A stretch of 64,000 bases of DNA from a virus. The stretch lies in IMG/VR virus record IMGVR_UViG_3300009104_001476. One strand, given 5' to 3'. The translations under genes were made by a program, and so were the position numbers. The first letter of the stretch is position 1. Each line of letters opens with the position of its first letter. This document shows, piece after piece, positions 31,301 to 38,200 of this stretch. The notes beneath the pieces are model-generated. The model had not been told where the DNA came from. It did no database searches and saw only the letters and a list, made by a program, of their open reading frames with translations.

Positions 31301-33604
31301 AAATTCAAAAAGCAACTTCAAGGCATAAACCAGTCTTACAACGACTCGGTCAATGATGGTACCCTTACTAGACAAAACGCTAAGACTTTAAAGAAGGCAG
31401 CTAAAGACTTCGCTCTCTCTGAATATGAATTTGGTAAAGAGATGAGAGGTTCAGCGGATCACATTAGCGCAGCTAAATCTCTGCTTGAGAAGCATTTAAA
31501 AGTAGGCAGCAAAAAAACAGAGCAGTCTTTGAAAAAGTATTTAAAAGCTATTGATGGAGCCACGACCCCTTTAGATGTAAAGCAGTTTAATATAGGTCAA
31601 ATCACAAAATTTGCAGAACAATTAACTAAGGCGGAAAGAAGAAAATTCCGCAGAAGCTTAAATGGAAAAGATTTCAAAGAGATAAGAGCTTCTAGGGAGC
31701 GTGGAGAAATATCAAGAAAGGAAGAGAAAGATATATCAAGTAAGCTGGGTGAAATCAAAAAGTTAGAAGCCGAGGGCGCCCCTCTTGAAGAAATAAGAAA
31801 AGCTTGGGACGATTACTACAAATTGAGAGGAAGGGCATATGATTCAGAGACTGAATTTATAAAAGGTCTGGCAAATTTTTATAGATTGAGCGGTCAAGGC
31901 GACATTAAAGAGGTAATGGACACCACTAGAAGGGGTATTGTGAATCAATCTAGAGGAGACTTCTCTGACCTTGATGAGGCCCAAGGGTTCAATCAGAACT
32001 TAATCGACTATCAAAACGAATTAAGGACTATAGCTGCAGAAAGAGGAGCAACCGAAAACGATCTTAAAGATGCCCTTAAGGCTGAAGCCGAATATCAAAA
32101 AATGATTATTGACTTTAACAAAGGCAAGATCCAGTCTAAAGATAGGATAGCTGGTGCTGACGCAGCACTAAAGGCTAAGAGAGCAGCAGGGAAGGACACG
32201 GCGGACGATTTCCTTGACGCTATGCAGGCAAGATTTTCATACGGCAAAAGAGAGGCGATTCAAGCTATACAAGACACTGTGTTAAATATGATCGATACTT
32301 TTGAAAGCGAATTAAATGACGCTTTATTTAACGCTATTTCGGGAGCTAAAGACGCCAAAGAAGCCTTTAAAGACATGGCTGACGCCATGCTTGATGAAAT
32401 AACTAGAATGAGTATAGAAGCGACCACTAGGGCTGTTATAGGAAGCTTAGGGATACCGGGTATGGCAAGGGGTGGATTGGTAACGGGTGGATCAGGAGTT
32501 AAAGATGATGTTCCTAGGCTGTTACAGGGGGGAGAATTCGTAATAAAGAAAGATTCTGTGGATAAGTTTGGACCGGGATTATTTAAAGCTCTAAATGAAC
32601 AAAATGTTGCCCAGTTTAGTGAGGGGGGGGTTGCTAGCTCTTTAGAGACCCCTTTGCAACGAAGTATGAGGAGTAAGGGTATTGGAATAGGGATGGAGAA
32701 GGTGGAGCATGTCCCTGATCCTCAAGGAGGACTAAGTAGTATTTCTGACACTAAAGGCGGAGGCTCTGGATTTACCTTGAGAAACGCTTTTGTTTTCGAT
32801 GACGATAAAAGGCCTACGGGTGGGGTTCTTGAAGTAGATTCAAGGTTAAGTAGAAGAGCTTTAATGGATCCAGATAACCCGAGGAATAAAGTAAGGATGG
32901 ATAAAGAAAAAGCTTTGGTAGATTATACGGAACAAAGAATGCAAGACTGGGAAGATTATCAAGAGGCTATGCAAGATTATTATGATAAAAGAAAAAATCG
33001 GTGGAGAATGGCTGGGTGGAATATAGCTATGCAATTAGGCTTAAATTATATGAAAGGCGATAGGGGTGGTGCTAAAAATAAGGGAGAGGGTCGCTTGCAT
33101 GGAGCATGGGACTGGGTTAATGATAAAATAAATAAAAAGGACAATGAACCTTTCCCGGGTGGACAACAGCCGCAAAGAAGAGCTCAAGGAGGCTTTATTC
33201 CGTTTGCAAACGGAGGTCTTAGCTCTGATAAAATACCAGCTATGTTAACCGCTGGTGAATATATAATGAGTAGAGAGTCCGTAGAGAAATATGGTATCGA
33301 CACAATGCGTAAGTTAAACCAAGGACAAGTAGGGGGGTATGCTAAAGGAGGTTTAGTAAATGAAGGAGGTCCGTCTAGTAGTGGAGCGAGTGGTTTATCT
33401 GGCTCTGTAGCAGGAACTAATAACGTTAACATTACAGTAAATGTTGATAGCACGGGCAAGGCTGATAGTCAGTTATCTTCTCAGGGGAGTGCGGCTTCCG
33501 AATCCGAGCAATCTAAGAATATGGCTAGGCAAATAGAAACAGCAGTTGTGGGGGTGTTGTTACAACAGCAGAAACAAGGCGGTATGCTTAGAAAAACTAG
33601 GTAA
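19394..33604 (+). CDS. Tape measure protein, 4736 aa, with internal cargo-like segments
   Basis: N-terminal TP901-type TMP region (ATELARQG, MATVDAAFAVS, RGGAVIGNSLKSIFTRI); long A/K/E-rich helical body; two C-terminal copies of the D.(V/I)P..L..GE(F/Y)(V/I) motif; aaggaataagga RBS. Confidence 0.9.
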   Translation: MAESASVRVRAELDSRPAEKTLARFVKKAESVDVRLSLKDKNFTQPLGRITGAADEFNKSLAASNARVVAFAASAGLMYSVQRALVSVTKSAIEVEAALADINVILGASSTNLAKFGDQLFKIAGQTGQAFQTVTVAATELARQGLSMEETLRRTKDAMILTRLAGMDAASAVDALTASINSFNKAAITSTEIVNKMATVDAAFAVSTNDLADALKRVGSSAIDAGVSFDQLMAMTTSVQQITARGGAVIGNSLKSIFTRIQRTEVLDQLQMLGVAVRDMKGNTLPAIQIMTQLAKTIDSLSSAQKANITELMGGVFQINVVKAALGDLGKEYSIYQNALKVSTDATDAATKRNEKLNETLSALVNKTFQNVKKAGAEIGKLTIAPALEGVLDKVNSALEKFDPKDSESTGNKIARGILEGIGNFIKGPGLIIGLAVIGKLLQQFGKFASDSFKEFFNINEAAKKRLAMEKFINQELSHNEDLTQAILSGELKVADAEKIILKGLEARVLQQEKLNRLIKEASYGLSRRGAHAALVDPTEGTYAVKPPKRSGGHVPNFSQIDIQALVKEELTSASYAKSGTKAVIDTLPGLGLHVRNTEESISYAPGMRSPFINPPIDSPEGRTHREKSIRQTGIDPYQLSSSSGLPGFAKANKKKPTPKIKDLRSSNKSKGVLLPEFGRNDTNLTFQSSLAQVFPDTKSLERQKWAEKGFTGFKMTGVKAARLREKSSASFDTLLDSNFDPAIQGLGSSIVGTNKGKLPKKTTGKFSDYFDKKAWPQTKGRIFEAALNYVAVNMSAKAQMNNRLAEIKNLTGGETWDFPDIKNQLASLYKIQPAGNWDAKSNIDQGTQASIIKKTLNTKYQGKTIPNKSAGSIPNFSLGQKVMGINTIQAKNAIERFRSGEISQAQGLVTQINSSRSLSSAEKSTLKEEINAIRRQKKNAKNPKGLTIDGTNLGSMLVPRVGSSQGTGLAKPKIDKDNTLLRQYLSKNYQAKTGLNFDKLPEEAKKKVISSTKASFPVLAPSRGNNVNIVDDVATAIEKETRSFVASMKGGSEAKKANVLNNLSTHQSSISSAAGAVFESGIKSAFDLEIGKTNDRFDVSTSAGLKEAFPIETPYGEFKIDDNSPLRQDMAAKILRQKIQMGIASGGHVPNFASPQSLTTPPPPYTREETERLIKLWTSGKANRFDPNDLWESMPRNRRGPEVDPITGLPVSLKSPTHSARLQRGYQGNPAFGFGLSPWSGGAVEPRVNPRTGLPYAGGFIPSFSKKDTNRMRESKQAGVPYSQTYLSFVDTSKYAGPVIGNRKDEPTYQALIKAVRSHPDPKNAGMAAGGYIPSFADAADAPAPLPIKKMNLDDLGSEPLKRVKTLESKLKGFVARLEKMNETTGGLSPEVNEAVEEAKGALSFVQKTGKKLGELGGKIQELEDELKPLETDLDEANLSIQGSNTHLEGLRGELEQFKAELGQTEDGVTLAREDLKASNNAISSLPNLEDGYKNLKTKEEEKLQELRAAEQAAGKQERKNLVNKRAVIQGDFDEEGMRHGQPDRVGYTKSVLGELGANAGQAGGRSSIKTLTEGVGASKTGQLDLKAQDALAITLQKQRNAAIMGQHDEAQKIEDEFRLTHKISEKHTHTQDALDKVFQKNLDAGTTIGNKAEEEAALWDKTTQAKKAEYETAKDKTKLAEGEYKEAKRLKGLRGKREKALDKATRAEEKAADQVTLTNRKISEGNQERDKQKRKQKDINNKIDKVNKELDDEVKAQAAKTKEVEEGVDKAKKVNDSTGKVEKGLQKEAEGRKNQSFGAGSYNPWSQQGKRYKSLKVAAGGDTDALAALGLTQGQAQGELAGAKEQRQQAIQGKAMLASMALPMVTSMAAQHFEEGTEEGARGKAGAEAIGQAGSMAAMGAMFGPWGAAAGAVVGATMGIIDVLGKWEDKTYEFNTAAETAEEKLTKFNNASQTYLKSLTEFNEVMTSTSGEIDGNKADKFRKNLSEALLSIPSEYRFQLSKAQGNVERIQEIFAEIQADLQRDANTRRAQADLATEIEERIPRGKGKMFKGKESDSDQKKVFEMIKSTLDMSRFYGEEGEKLGAKLRNASKKIASDFSGFKAVLKEAGADAKTLELLDDMLEGGASNITLLGDEFENFGSDAALASRAGDNLTSSILAYRRRMEAVKEEQDRWNSIMDESKERVKRLASVLLDRLKFIDNMRNQRAAHARGMAMTEIKGRQQVAQPFIDNIQKVDLGASVQRADMQNKQVNSLEKLNSSIKIGLIGTINDKFEKLTTSTERITENASEDQNLTNNELQKQNKTLTGYRDALIKAVTSASGGGDTFHEIAASMKEIIKKAEVTGSARAALESDLLAVVEKGNHDLALMSDAHKNELETQRLSAQYQKETAINTKQMAQLGTIGGMMAGPDFSKINKVFEDAALSSFRANSDQEGSRSSLNILDLLRNFAGTSGAALPASMRANAVEGVKSNLSTKVARIRSGMESTGQMTPELQEELDQLNNNLDEIAETKVAAQLKDVPTHLQTIADKISSLTDKTVNEASMEQAVAAALTSVMGGSSKHIVDPLVRIESILNFQRGINEIKQVQNNVADALKAQQQLAGNIETSMSEVGSMAIDLAKNVPDSILDATVGMNIKQIRGLIDNEGQGFTQDAEGLAKQKGALQKLMNVVIKLDGTITRGKVFDTDWGLNSPDLVAEREDAKIIGGNTSAISRTGQGSMLHKQIVDLKANQEKFESDTRSGKYDEAFNEGMNLTKISALKRHMYGAGPISDVIRITKEHLRMNKEFGFKGPGEGPRVDHQLIEKFINKLVTSSASLKGDEKLDFGAVWGLLREADQEWVNQKGPRYGMAFNQSDGGNLTNQKKVVNAALLALATYAENQKSGASIDHSGSWSDQSGRRKTVREEVRNQMNATMQGLQQRADDPLQTGRKHQVLPTFDQLTGEGGLLDKQLVKNQEVESAQAEMRRLMAQLTKRSTAEQVNMMRDRYAGEMRQREGKMGAIVTGLGIGPGAKDEVMDKLKKASSVEEVTKIIKDADGEVSDKQKVTLEQLEGEIQEHKAQKKVLEEITAIYNRKKATAAAAAAEEEEKLKVERKALEKEASGKIGQALELKTPEAKRAFNKEIRNMDWKKLSELNTYFDEQEAGVLHALYPGSKDLEEALSPTGGLLGEGSAAKRKTVKEMMAERTRQAAGRTANLFGDNIFSYDAELQKAGFKERYTNPMLPGQNNAFKNAKIDDPFQIRAGAEVTFMDDKGIIESIRDRYATIGVGAQEAKALTQDVAKKVIKGRLEAFKLFKNSDLSYSQYIVKLAGAELEMFRTDAASGKISQADLAGKLKAQVDKELGEGLNVDHLFAQYLHANMSMNKKDYDNLARTVAESMASGLMGHKGGGIHSAQLVQDKSKKIVDRVKGLELGKSQTTAYTNALGTFETFQMNFNLGLGGRAQMLAALNTKLQSALQNTRGTDGEIEKAYDEYIEALTTGLRPQDKIMERKGIMDSTGKKVGRDQIKTLDSKVESIVNKYEGQAAAGLITEEGRTTLQNAESILEATKLANEKDLVSTAAMTTARKNFLDALLKHGSDQTAVADAYRNYAASVAAKFKPQDLTGISAQVTGQFGQEMMGPDAGTFGATSQAITEKYNKAFGKGQISKAAVPRLAKAEGALKAAESKAKAGVLTAEQLTGAYLKFLNTLNSETNKLTEVQAAYEKYTASLGEKKGGKDLVTSRTKVLEATRKGATRGGQAGLVEEVESITKANQRLFNRGKLTGESLEALNKAESQYHNAQTNWANGLSSTAALMAAASKNLQAAVASGNTGKIKKALNEYISKLDTELKPQDYLEKAGKFIQKNQNKVGKGNREDFAKDLKKTSDKYEKLVDEGLLTEQDGQIISQALADFGAAQQNFKDGLISQSQLLKSAENQLSKISGTSGSAEIKKAMKDYMKASTEPIDALSTLQETGKDLGSLGGGILGKDLGKFKKQLQGINQSYNDSVNDGTLTRQNAKTLKKAAKDFALSEYEFGKEMRGSADHISAAKSLLEKHLKVGSKKTEQSLKKYLKAIDGATTPLDVKQFNIGQITKFAEQLTKAERRKFRRSLNGKDFKEIRASRERGEISRKEEKDISSKLGEIKKLEAEGAPLEEIRKAWDDYYKLRGRAYDSETEFIKGLANFYRLSGQGDIKEVMDTTRRGIVNQSRGDFSDLDEAQGFNQNLIDYQNELRTIAAERGATENDLKDALKAEAEYQKMIIDFNKGKIQSKDRIAGADAALKAKRAAGKDTADDFLDAMQARFSYGKREAIQAIQDTVLNMIDTFESELNDALFNAISGAKDAKEAFKDMADAMLDEITRMSIEATTRAVIGSLGIPGMARGGLVTGGSGVKDDVPRLLQGGEFVIKKDSVDKFGPGLFKALNEQNVAQFSEGGVASSLETPLQRSMRSKGIGIGMEKVEHVPDPQGGLSSISDTKGGGSGFTLRNAFVFDDDKRPTGGVLEVDSRLSRRALMDPDNPRNKVRMDKEKALVDYTEQRMQDWEDYQEAMQDYYDKRKNRWRMAGWNIAMQLGLNYMKGDRGGAKNKGEGRLHGAWDWVNDKINKKDNEPFPGGQQPQRRAQGGFIPFANGGLSSDKIPAMLTAGEYIMSRESVEKYGIDTMRKLNQGQVGGYAKGGLVNEGGPSSSGASGLSGSVAGTNNVNITVNVDSTGKADSQLSSQGSAASESEQSKNMARQIETAVVGVLLQQQKQGGMLRKTR
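29780..31900 (+). repeat. Degenerate ~112-117-aa protein repeats in the TMP
   Basis: Y..Y...L...L.PQD-like anchors with Pro at 29840, 30188, (D 30542), 30881, 31217, 31568; spacing 336-351 bp. Confidence 0.7.
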
Positions 33605-34442
33605 GTTTATTCTTTAATTCTTGAAGCTCTTTATCTATAGTCATCAAAGCTTGATTAAGTATAGCTTCATTTTTATTTATATCATCTCTAAGTAAGGGTA
33701 AATTTAGATTAGGAGTAAAGTCTGTTAAAATTCTATATTGTGCATTAATTTTATTATCTTTAAGGTAATTTGTTTCAAGTATTAATTCCCACTTAGTCGT
33801 TGAGACTTTTCCATTCTGAGTGTTAGGGGGTAGTGGGTGATTTAAAACTATAACAGTGCCTTTTTCAGAATATAATAAATTAGCTATGGACCTATCTTCG
33901 ATTGTCCTTTTGTCAAGCATGTTGAAATTCACCTCTACTTCGGCTTTTCCAAAGACTTGTTTAGTTTCCGGAGCTTCTATATATATTCCATGGGTATCCA
34001 CTTCTATATTAAGGATTCCTCCATTCTTATCAACTTCTGTGACTTTAAGTTGAGTGGGGATGTCTACGTCATTGACTAAATCTTTTTTAGAGAGTCCTCC
34101 TTGAAGGGTAAGGATTTCCCCCTTTTTGAAGTCGGCGCCCTTTTTCTTGATAGATATTTCTGAGACTTCGTACTCTTTGAATGTAAGCCTGATAGAGTCG
34201 TTCAAGCCGAGCTTAAGCCCTGTATTCTCGTGAATAAAGATTTTATCATTTTCGACCCTCTCGAAGTCTTTGATATAAAAGAAGTTTTCTTTATTTACTA
34301 TTTTGTAAAAATTATCATCCTCGTCAAAAACAATAAAGCTTCCCTCTATTAAAGCCCCCCAATCCGCTTGGGAAGAAGCAATAACTTTATTAGTGTCTTT
34401 TAAAATAGAAGCCGTATATCCGAAATGTTTCCTTGTTGCCAT
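33597..34442 (-). CDS. Tail-associated hypothetical protein
   Basis: 281 aa; GADFKKGEILTLQGG...LKVTEVDKNGGI resembles repeat modules of virion proteins; last gene of the tip block. Confidence 0.5.
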   Translation of the reverse strand: MATRKHFGYTASILKDTNKVIASSQADWGALIEGSFIVFDEDDNFYKIVNKENFFYIKDFERVENDKIFIHENTGLKLGLNDSIRLTFKEYEVSEISIKKKGADFKKGEILTLQGGLSKKDLVNDVDIPTQLKVTEVDKNGGILNIEVDTHGIYIEAPETKQVFGKAEVEVNFNMLDKRTIEDRSIANLLYSEKGTVIVLNHPLPPNTQNGKVSTTKWELILETNYLKDNKINAQYRILTDFTPNLNLPLLRDDINKNEAILNQALMTIDKELQELKNKLT

Positions 34443-34454
34443 AACCTTGTATAT

Positions 34455-35207
34455 TTAATTTACACTATTTGGTGGTAGATTTATGTTATTTTCGGGCAAA
34501 GCTGCGATAAGAATTGCCTGTTCCCCGCCTTCTTCATCTGGCGCCGAAACCGTAATTTTGGGTCGAAATACGTAAGAACTCCCCACTTGGGTAACTTTTA
34601 CACTTTTTATAGATCCATCTTCTACCTCTGCTTCTGCTTCCATATTGAACCCTTTCTTTAAGGGGTGTCCGTTTGGCCCCTCTATTTCTATTGTCGGTGG
34701 GGAACTGTATCCTTTTCCGGGGTTGTCTATATAAACTTCAAATACGTTATCATAAACATTAAAATTATTTATATCTTTAGTTTTTTTGAACTCGAAGTTC
34801 CTGACAAGATCTGGAATATCTCTTAAGTATTGTTTAATTTTTGCTATTCTTTTCTTACATAAAGAACAATCTTCCTGCTCTAACAACTTAATTATCTCTA
34901 TATCTAGTTTTTGTAAAAGTTTTAATCGAGAGCTTTTTAGTTTTTGTATTTTTTGCTCTATGAGGTGGGATTCTATTTTCACTTTACCTGTTTCTGGGTT
35001 ATAGTAATCACCGAACGTCGCCAAGTCATCTTCCGTGTCGTTAAACCATAGGGTCTTGTGAACTGACTCTTGAGAAAATTCTTTAAAGGATAGGCATTGT
35101 CTTACCGCTTCCTCTCTCTGAGTGCTAAAAGGAAAAGAGTAAGTAAGCTTCTCTCCAGATTTTAATACAAAAATTAATATATTATGATTGTCTCTATTTT
35201 CGTTCAT
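34455..35207 (-). CDS. Tail fibre assembly-like protein
   Basis: 250 aa; LKSSRLKLLQKLD...KQYLRDIP resembles tail-fibre chaperone motifs; C-terminal NPGKGYSSPPTIEI / QVGSSYVFRPKITV repeats. Confidence 0.5.
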   Translation of the reverse strand: MNENRDNHNILIFVLKSGEKLTYSFPFSTQREEAVRQCLSFKEFSQESVHKTLWFNDTEDDLATFGDYYNPETGKVKIESHLIEQKIQKLKSSRLKLLQKLDIEIIKLLEQEDCSLCKKRIAKIKQYLRDIPDLVRNFEFKKTKDINNFNVYDNVFEVYIDNPGKGYSSPPTIEIEGPNGHPLKKGFNMEAEAEVEDGSIKSVKVTQVGSSYVFRPKITVSAPDEEGGEQAILIAALPENNINLPPNSVN

Positions 35208-35209
35208 AA

Positions 35210-38200
35210 TTAATACCCAGTCTTATACCAGCCTGACACATCCCCTGTCCAGCCTATTCCGTCATAGCTTTGAGAAGATACAAACGCATAGTCAATTCCT
35301 AAAGCATCATCGTAACGGCTCCATCCTCCTACCGACCCCCACTGAGCAGTTTTTAGGGCAGTAGTATAATCGTTAGTGGTCACTACCCCAAAGAACGCCT
35401 CTTCTAAATAAGAGTCATCAATTAGTCGACCTAGGTGCACGTCAAAATATCTTCTATTTTTAATTAACCCGCCGTAACCTTGACCAAAGCCCGCAGGGTG
35501 ATGGTTCCATACCCCGGGTATGTTTTCTACAATGTCTCCGGGATCAAGCCAAGTCTGTACTGTCCCTGTCGAAAAGATATCTGTCCCTTCTCTAGCAAAC
35601 AGCATAGAGGTTTTAGAGGTCACTGAGCCTGCTGGCCAAGCAGTATACTTACCATTCCAAGCGTTCAAACCTAGAACTGTATACGATGCCAATCGGCCCG
35701 GTAAGTTGGGGGCGGGTAAATTATGTTCATCAAAATAGACTCTGAATCTTCTAAATCCATGTAGCGGTTTGGTGGCATCTATAGTGGGGTCGTCAGGAAG
35801 ATAAACTTGTGCTCCTGTTTCATTATAGGAAGGGATGTTGTCGTCATCAATACCACCTGCGTAACCTAGCACTCCTGAAACATACGCTGACCCAACATAC
35901 GGCTCTCCTGAATAAATATCTCTATGCCAAAATTGGGGTACACCGACTCGTAAACCTGTAGCTGTATGCGTGGCGCTTACCTGAACTGATTGTCCTCCCC
36001 AGTCTCCGTATTTAGCTGAACCAGCATCGTACTGTCCTTGGGTAAACCTGCATGAATAACTGTCAGAATAGTTAGGGTAATATCTAATCGGATTTTGATA
36101 TTCGGTTTCATCTTGCCTGCACCCATAATCAAAAAAGCCATTATATCCGTAAAAATTTTCCACGTCTTTTTTCGATAAGATCCTTACGTTTTGAACCCCG
36201 TTCCCTTCCCAGATTCCGTTTACGTTTATCCTTATCCAAGCATGATAAGGGCTCATGCCTTTAGAGCTCGTAAATTTAGTGGGGTAAATTGGGCAGCCAG
36301 TAAAGCCTTGGTAAGGCGTCCTTGCCCCGCCACTAAACCAAGGGGCACTTCTCACGTATTTTGATCCTAGAACTGGGGTTTCTCCATCTCTTAAGCCGTA
36401 AGCTAGGAAGTCTTCTTCGCTCAGTATATAATTAGAAGTCGACGGATTTCCGACTTGGACTGGGCTTCCCGTAGTATATAAGCCGGTGTTTGCGTGGGTC
36501 GCGCCTAAGGTATCATTGAATTGACTAATGTAAGGTCTAGCAAAACCAACCCAAAGGCCCTCGTTCCAACCTCCACCCCCTGCCGCTTTCCCAGAAACCG
36601 CATAATCAAAAGAGTCGAAAAGGCTCATCGCTACGTAATAAGCTTTATCGAAATTAAAATGATTAGGAGCGTCATAGGTGTTCGTAGCGCTACTGAAGCC
36701 TGCGCCCCAATCGGGTGAAACGATTATCGTATTATTCCTCCTTATAGTCCCGTCGCATGCACAATCAGAATATATAGTGGGCTCTGTAAATGGTATTGAA
36801 ATTATCTTATTTTCTGCCCTTGCGTCTGCGTCATTCGTAATGCCTAGCCTGCTGTATCTGGATACTCCTAGTAAGGTGTCAGACCTATCGTTTGCTGGTA
36901 TTCCGGTTAGTCCGCCTAAGGGGGAACTAGGGGCAGACGTGAAGTCTTCGTAAGCGCTAAACGGTGTCGCACTAAGATAAACGTAACCCCCTGCTATATC
37001 ATCTAAGTCGTAACCCATTTGCCTAAAGTTTATATATATTTTCCCGTCGGAAGTAATCATTTGTTCTGTGCATAAGTCTTCATCTCCTTGGCATAAACCC
37101 GGCCTAGCTCCTTGGTTTATAGAATCTCTAGGAGTCATCCAAAAACCAGAGGGTCTTACGTTATTAACTTCCGCTATATCATAACCTGACTGAGGCGGAT
37201 TAAATGCGTCTGTTGAGAACCCTCCATTTATTCTGTCTCTAGCAACCACAGCAATATCGTAATGGCGAAACGGTCCGTTAGGTAACGCATAGTTTTGTTC
37301 AAAAGGAAACTGGAACAAGTTCCGACTACCAGTGTAAGGGCCCCCTATAATATTACCTGTCAAAGCGTTACTACCCGGTAGGGGTTCCCTTATTGTCACA
37401 ACGTACTCTAGCTCGATAGGCGGAGTTTGACCTAAAAAGCTAGCGTCCCAAGTAAAGGCTTGATCTTTACTCTTAGGTTTTATCACAGCTCCTTTGCTTA
37501 TCGTATTGTTGTTAAAGTCGTCTGTCGTCAACCTTAACGAATGAACCGACACATCTCTTATCGGATTGTGCCCTGCTACGCTTATAGCTGGGGATTGAGC
37601 ATTCCCGTCAGAAGGAGCTCCCGCTCCGTTAAAAGCGTAAGCTAGAAAATAATGGCTAACGTTAGCCGCAGGTATATGAAAATTAGTAATTTTTGTATTT
37701 GAGGTTGCCGCATTGAGTGTCGCTATTTTGGTTTGAGGTCTAGGTATAGGAGGCACTGTATTTACTATGAAGTCTCCGGTCTCTGGATCGGTAGATGTAG
37801 TATCCCAAGCCGCTCCCGTTTTTAAATAAATATTATAGTGAGAAGTTGAGCCTAGCTGAATAACTCCCCCCGCTCCAGTAGGCACATCAACCGCATAATC
37901 TATTTTTTTACTGTTTACGGTTAGGTCCCCCAAGGCTCCGGTGATTTTTAAAGGGGCCGGAGGGGCTGATGCAGAACCTACGACATTAGGGTCTCTTGGA
38001 GTAAACACAATTCCAGACTCAATAGCCGCAAATTTACCAGTGTAGTGTTTGCTGGCTGTAATTTCGTGCTGTAATCCGTCGGTTTCTTTAACATCTAGCA
38101 CGTTATAGTACTCTGGCTCATATCGTCTATCATCAATACTCCATGAAACCCCCGTAGCTCTATCGTACCCAGCGGGTATCGTTCCAGTAGGGAAACCTAT

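Noticed and set aside
19822-33459. Numerous 65-120-aa minus-strand ORFs inside the TMP, and plus-strand ORFs inside gpJ
   Set aside because: They lie wholly within long, motif-supported genes and show no independent motifs or RBS.
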